64,000 nt of DNA from Alphaproteobacteria bacterium (GTDB lineage: Bacteria; Pseudomonadota; Alphaproteobacteria; UBA9219): NCBI GenBank assembly GCA_026225415.1, contig JAMFSS010000009.1:192062-256061 (forward strand). Direction: 5' to 3'. The notes under the pieces were generated by a model. The model searched no databases and had not been told where the DNA came from. It was given only the letters and a program-made list of their open reading frames with translations. Below, piece by piece: positions 60,658 through 64,000 of this stretch (position 1 is the first letter of the stretch; every line of letters begins with the position of its first letter). A program made the translations under genes and the position numbers.

Positions 60658-61002
60658 TTAGGCGGTTGTGTCGGCAGAAACGGCGGAAGGTTTACGCGTA
60701 CCGTCACGCTCCAGACCGTTGCGCAAATAGGCAACCGTGATCGCATTAGGCGATTGCAGCAAAACTTCTTTGCCATCGACGCTTAGATATTGCGTGATAA
60801 CGCCCGCCGAAGGATCTTGCAAAATGCGCGGCGTATGGAACGCAGGCAAGCCCGAGGTGGAAGACGAGGCGGATGAATTGGACGATGTGTTGGCGGCGTT
60901 GTTCGTGTTGGTTGCGGAAGACGCCGACGATGTAGACGCAGAAATAACCGCGGCGTTTACGCTGCTGATTGTCGAAGTTATGCTGCCTACGGCACTTGTC
61001 AC
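60658..61002 (-). CDS. Ser/Thr/Asn-rich small hypothetical protein
   Basis: 114-aa ORF with a low-complexity N-terminal half and a structured C-terminal about 45 aa. Upstream spacer has a TTGACA box and palindromes. Confidence 0.35.
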   Translation of the reverse strand: MTSAVGSITSTISSVNAAVISASTSSASSATNTNNAANTSSNSSASSSTSGLPAFHTPRILQDPSAGVITQYLSVDGKEVLLQSPNAITVAYLRNGLERDGTRKPSAVSADTTA

Positions 61003-61257
61003 AACACTCTCTCCTGCTACAACGCTTTTTCTGCTATAACCTTATACGGGCTGAACCCGATATAGATACAATACACACATATTGTATGATTCGACTATAC
61101 CCTAAAAAAGAGCGCTTGACAAGAAAAAAACGACTGCCTTGCGTCAACAGATTACCGTTAATCAATTGATTTCCATCGTATTTTTTAAGATAAATAAACC
61201 TGTCTTAACGCCTTTTTATTGGGTCGCGCGGCCCAACCAACTGAAATACAATGTTCT

Positions 61258-62481
61258 TTAGTCCTTTTGGGGGAATGATTTGATTAACGCCGCCAGCCTG
61301 CCAATGCCTTCAGCAATGATTGCGGGCTCATTGAGCGAAAAACTGAGCCGCAGCGTATTCACCCCCGAACGGTCGGGGTAAAAGGCCGCCCCCGGCACAA
61401 AGGCGATGCGGGCTTTTTCAATCGCCTGTTTCAGCAATTCGCCCGCATCGATGGCGGGGGGCAACGTGACCCAGACAAACATGCCGCCCTGCGGTTTGGT
61501 CCATGTGACTGTCTCTGGCATATGATGTTCCAAAGCCGCCAGCATCGCATCGCGGCGTTGGCGGTAGACGCCGCGAATTTTGGCGGCGTGGGTGTCGATA
61601 AGCGCGGAGGCCACATCATACATGATCATCTGATTGAGCGACGAGACATGCAGCGATGAGGCCTGATTGATTAGCACCAGTTTTTCGATAATTTTTTTCG
61701 GCGCGACAATCCAGCCGATGCGCAAAGCGGGTGCGATGGATTTGGAAAAAGTGCCACAATAAATCACCCGCGTGTTATCAATGCCGCCCGCGCGTTGTGC
61801 CGCCAGCGCGATAAGCGAAGGGACAGCCTCGCCATCATAACGCAGACATTCATAGGCATTGTCTTCGATGATTGGCAGATCAAGCGCGTCGGACAGATCG
61901 AGCAGCGATTGGCGTTCGGCCAGATCGAGGCTGGTGCCGGTCGGGTTTTGAAATTCCGGCATGACATAGGCGAAAGACGTTTTATTGGCATAGAGGCCTG
62001 CGTCGCGTTTATTCTGCGCATCGGGTAACGCGGCATAGACGGGTTCATAGGCATTAAAAGCCTGCAACGCACCCAGATAGGTTGGGTGTGCTGTCAAAAT
62101 AGTATCGCCCGCATTGATGAAAAGCTTGCCGAGGAAATCGAGCGCCTGTTGCGAGCCGTTGGTGATGAGAATGTTATCGGCATCGCATACCAAACCGCGC
62201 CGCCCCATATAGGCGCTCAGCCATTCGCGTAGGGGCAGATAGCCTTCGCTGATGGAATATTGCAAAGCCTGAATGGCGCGGAAGGGGTCGGACAAAATCG
62301 CGTGGCTGGCCGCCGCAATTTCGGTAACGGGAAAAAGTTCGGGATCAGGGATACCCCCGGCAAAAGAGATGATATCGGGTTGCGCCAGTAATTTCAGAAG
62401 TTCGCGTATTTCCGACGCGCGCATTTTCTGGGCGCGGGTGGCGAAATGGGAAGACCAGTCGATGGGGGTAGAGAGCGCCAT
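61258..62481 (-). CDS. PLP-dependent aminotransferase, class I/II fold (MocR/LysN-like catalytic domain without HTH)
   Basis: 407 aa. RASEIRELLKL N-terminal motif and a probable PLP-Lys in TFSKSIAPALR. Confidence 0.8.
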   Translation of the reverse strand: MALSTPIDWSSHFATRAQKMRASEIRELLKLLAQPDIISFAGGIPDPELFPVTEIAAASHAILSDPFRAIQALQYSISEGYLPLREWLSAYMGRRGLVCDADNILITNGSQQALDFLGKLFINAGDTILTAHPTYLGALQAFNAYEPVYAALPDAQNKRDAGLYANKTSFAYVMPEFQNPTGTSLDLAERQSLLDLSDALDLPIIEDNAYECLRYDGEAVPSLIALAAQRAGGIDNTRVIYCGTFSKSIAPALRIGWIVAPKKIIEKLVLINQASSLHVSSLNQMIMYDVASALIDTHAAKIRGVYRQRRDAMLAALEHHMPETVTWTKPQGGMFVWVTLPPAIDAGELLKQAIEKARIAFVPGAAFYPDRSGVNTLRLSFSLNEPAIIAEGIGRLAALIKSFPQKD

Positions 62482-62638
62482 TATGTGACCTTATTCATCT
62501 TGCAAGAAACAGGGGTTGCGGCAGTGATTGCGTTTAGCCTTTATGGCATATAGATTGTTGGCAAGCATTTCAACCAAAGCCCATATTGCGTTGCATATAT
62601 TTTTAACCAAGCGCGCAACCTACGGATGAGACACGGCA

Positions 62639-64000
62639 TGAAAAAGATAGTTTTGATAATCGGGGTTTGGCTGTCTGTGTTGGCTGCCTTGCACATGCCC
62701 GCTTTTGCCCAACAGACGATCGCCATTCCCTTGCCGATTTCATCGGCCACCGTCACTATTCCCCCCATGACAACGGCGCCTTTGGCACCTTTGGCCACGC
62801 AATTGGGGCAGACCTTGCAAACATTGGTGGGGGCAGCGCCCGCCAATGAAGACGACACCAACCCCACGATTGCCGACAGTTTCGCGACGCATTTTTTGGA
62901 AATGCTGGCGCAAATGGTGGACGGCATCAAGGCGCACAGCAATGTTTGGGCCGACACCCAGAACGCGTTGCCCGATTTTGCCCAGTGGTTGCAAACACAA
63001 TTCAGCGATACGCATCGTCAGGCTTTGTGGGGCGCCATTGGCAATGATTGCCTGATTATCATCGGCGCGCCGCTTTTGATCGGGGTTGCGTTGTCGTTAT
63101 TGTTGTTGCCAGTACGCACCAACCTGCGCCGCAAAAATCCGCATAACAGGCCTTCGCGTGTGGGGCTGTTGATTGGTTTGTTTGTCCTGCGCGTTTTGCC
63201 GATGCTGGTGTTCCTGGGCATTGCATTGACATTGCTGGATCAGAATGAACCCCATCGTTTACCGCGTTTTGTTATTTTGAATGTTATTTACGCTTTGGGA
63301 CTGGCTTATTCCATTCAGCAAATCGCCCGCGGTATTTTCGCGCCGACATCCCCGCATTTGCGTCTTTTTGAAATGCCGGTTGATCGGGCGCGTTCGGCCT
63401 ATCGGTGGGTCAGCGTTTTTACCTATCTGATCGTCTATGGCTATTTCTTTATCGATGTCGCGACCGTTTTGCGCGTGCCTTTCACCTCCATCGGCCTGTT
63501 CCAGAATTTGCTGGCCGTTCTTTTGACCGTCTTGGCGATCATCGTTATTTACCGCAAGCGCCCTTATATCGCCGGCGTTATCCACGGCCAGATTGAAGAC
63601 GAAAACACCGAAAGTTTCGGCCTTGCGTTACGCGCGTGGTTGTCGCGCCATTGGCATTGGCTGGCCACCGTTTATCTGATCGTCAGTCTGTCGGTCACTT
63701 TGGTGGGCATTGAAAACGGTTTCGCGCTGTTGTTGCGCAGCACGATTTTGAGCATTACGATTTTGGTTGTTTCGCGTTTGTCGTTTATGGCGATCCGTTA
63801 TTGGGCGATGCCGACATCCACAGGATCGGGGATGATCCACCGGCAGATTTTAGCCTTTTTCCTGCGGCCTTTTATTTGGGTCAGCGCGGCCGTGGCGATT
63901 GCCGCCGTGTGGGGTTTTCCGTTGGCGCGTTTAATGGCGACGCCGTTGGGGCAACGCGCGACCGGCGCCGTCAGCAGTTTTGGCATCACGCTGGTTGTGT
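62639..64000 (+). CDS. mechanosensitive-channel-family membrane protein (MscS/KefA-like N-terminal region), 3'-partial at the window edge
   Basis: Open frame from ATG 62639 to the window end, missing from the ORF track because it has no stop. Signal peptide, then many TM helices. Confidence 0.5.

Overview
This is a chromosomal segment from a high-GC (high-50s % by eye) alphaproteobacterium, probably an Acetobacteraceae-like organism. Most of the window is core chromosome. Recognisable core genes include gpmI, an M23/EnvC-like peptidase, rpmH-rnpA, a YebC-family protein, aat, ychF, zapE, rpsD, the petABC cytochrome bc1 operon, trmL, guaB, amiC and a PLP aminotransferase. There are two tRNAs, Thr-GGU and Leu-CAG. 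A complete Caulobacter-type Flp/Tad pilus locus is present: two flp pilins, then cpaA-F, tadB and tadC. The first 10 kb and the 40-42 kb region hold a run of general-stress-type small proteins (SYLF/YSC84, DUF1328, ferritin-like, glycine-zipper lipoprotein, CsbD, DUF3309, DUF4142, YceI). A three-gene signalling module is also present: an XRE-HTH+REC protein, a CHASE-GAF-PAS-PAS histidine kinase, and a stand-alone REC protein.

The features worth a second look are:
- A clearly low-GC two-gene island at about 24.5-26.6 kb, wedged between rpsD and petABC. It encodes a putative nuclease-like protein plus a D12-class N6-adenine DNA methyltransferase, so it is a candidate restriction-modification or novel defence pair.
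- An in-frame TAA inside cytochrome b (petB).
- A structured intergenic repeat of about 90-115 bp present in three copies, one of them between rpmH and rnpA.
- A protein of about 885 aa that is largely disordered and contains a 15-bp coding tandem repeat.
- A WbdD-like methyltransferase-kinase fusion, a non-primary sigma-70 with an unknown partner, and an orphan HicA-like gene, all next to tRNA-Leu.
- A translationally coupled pair made of an AMIN/TPR protein and a thioester-less alpha-2-macroglobulin-like protein.
- A split glycosyltransferase.
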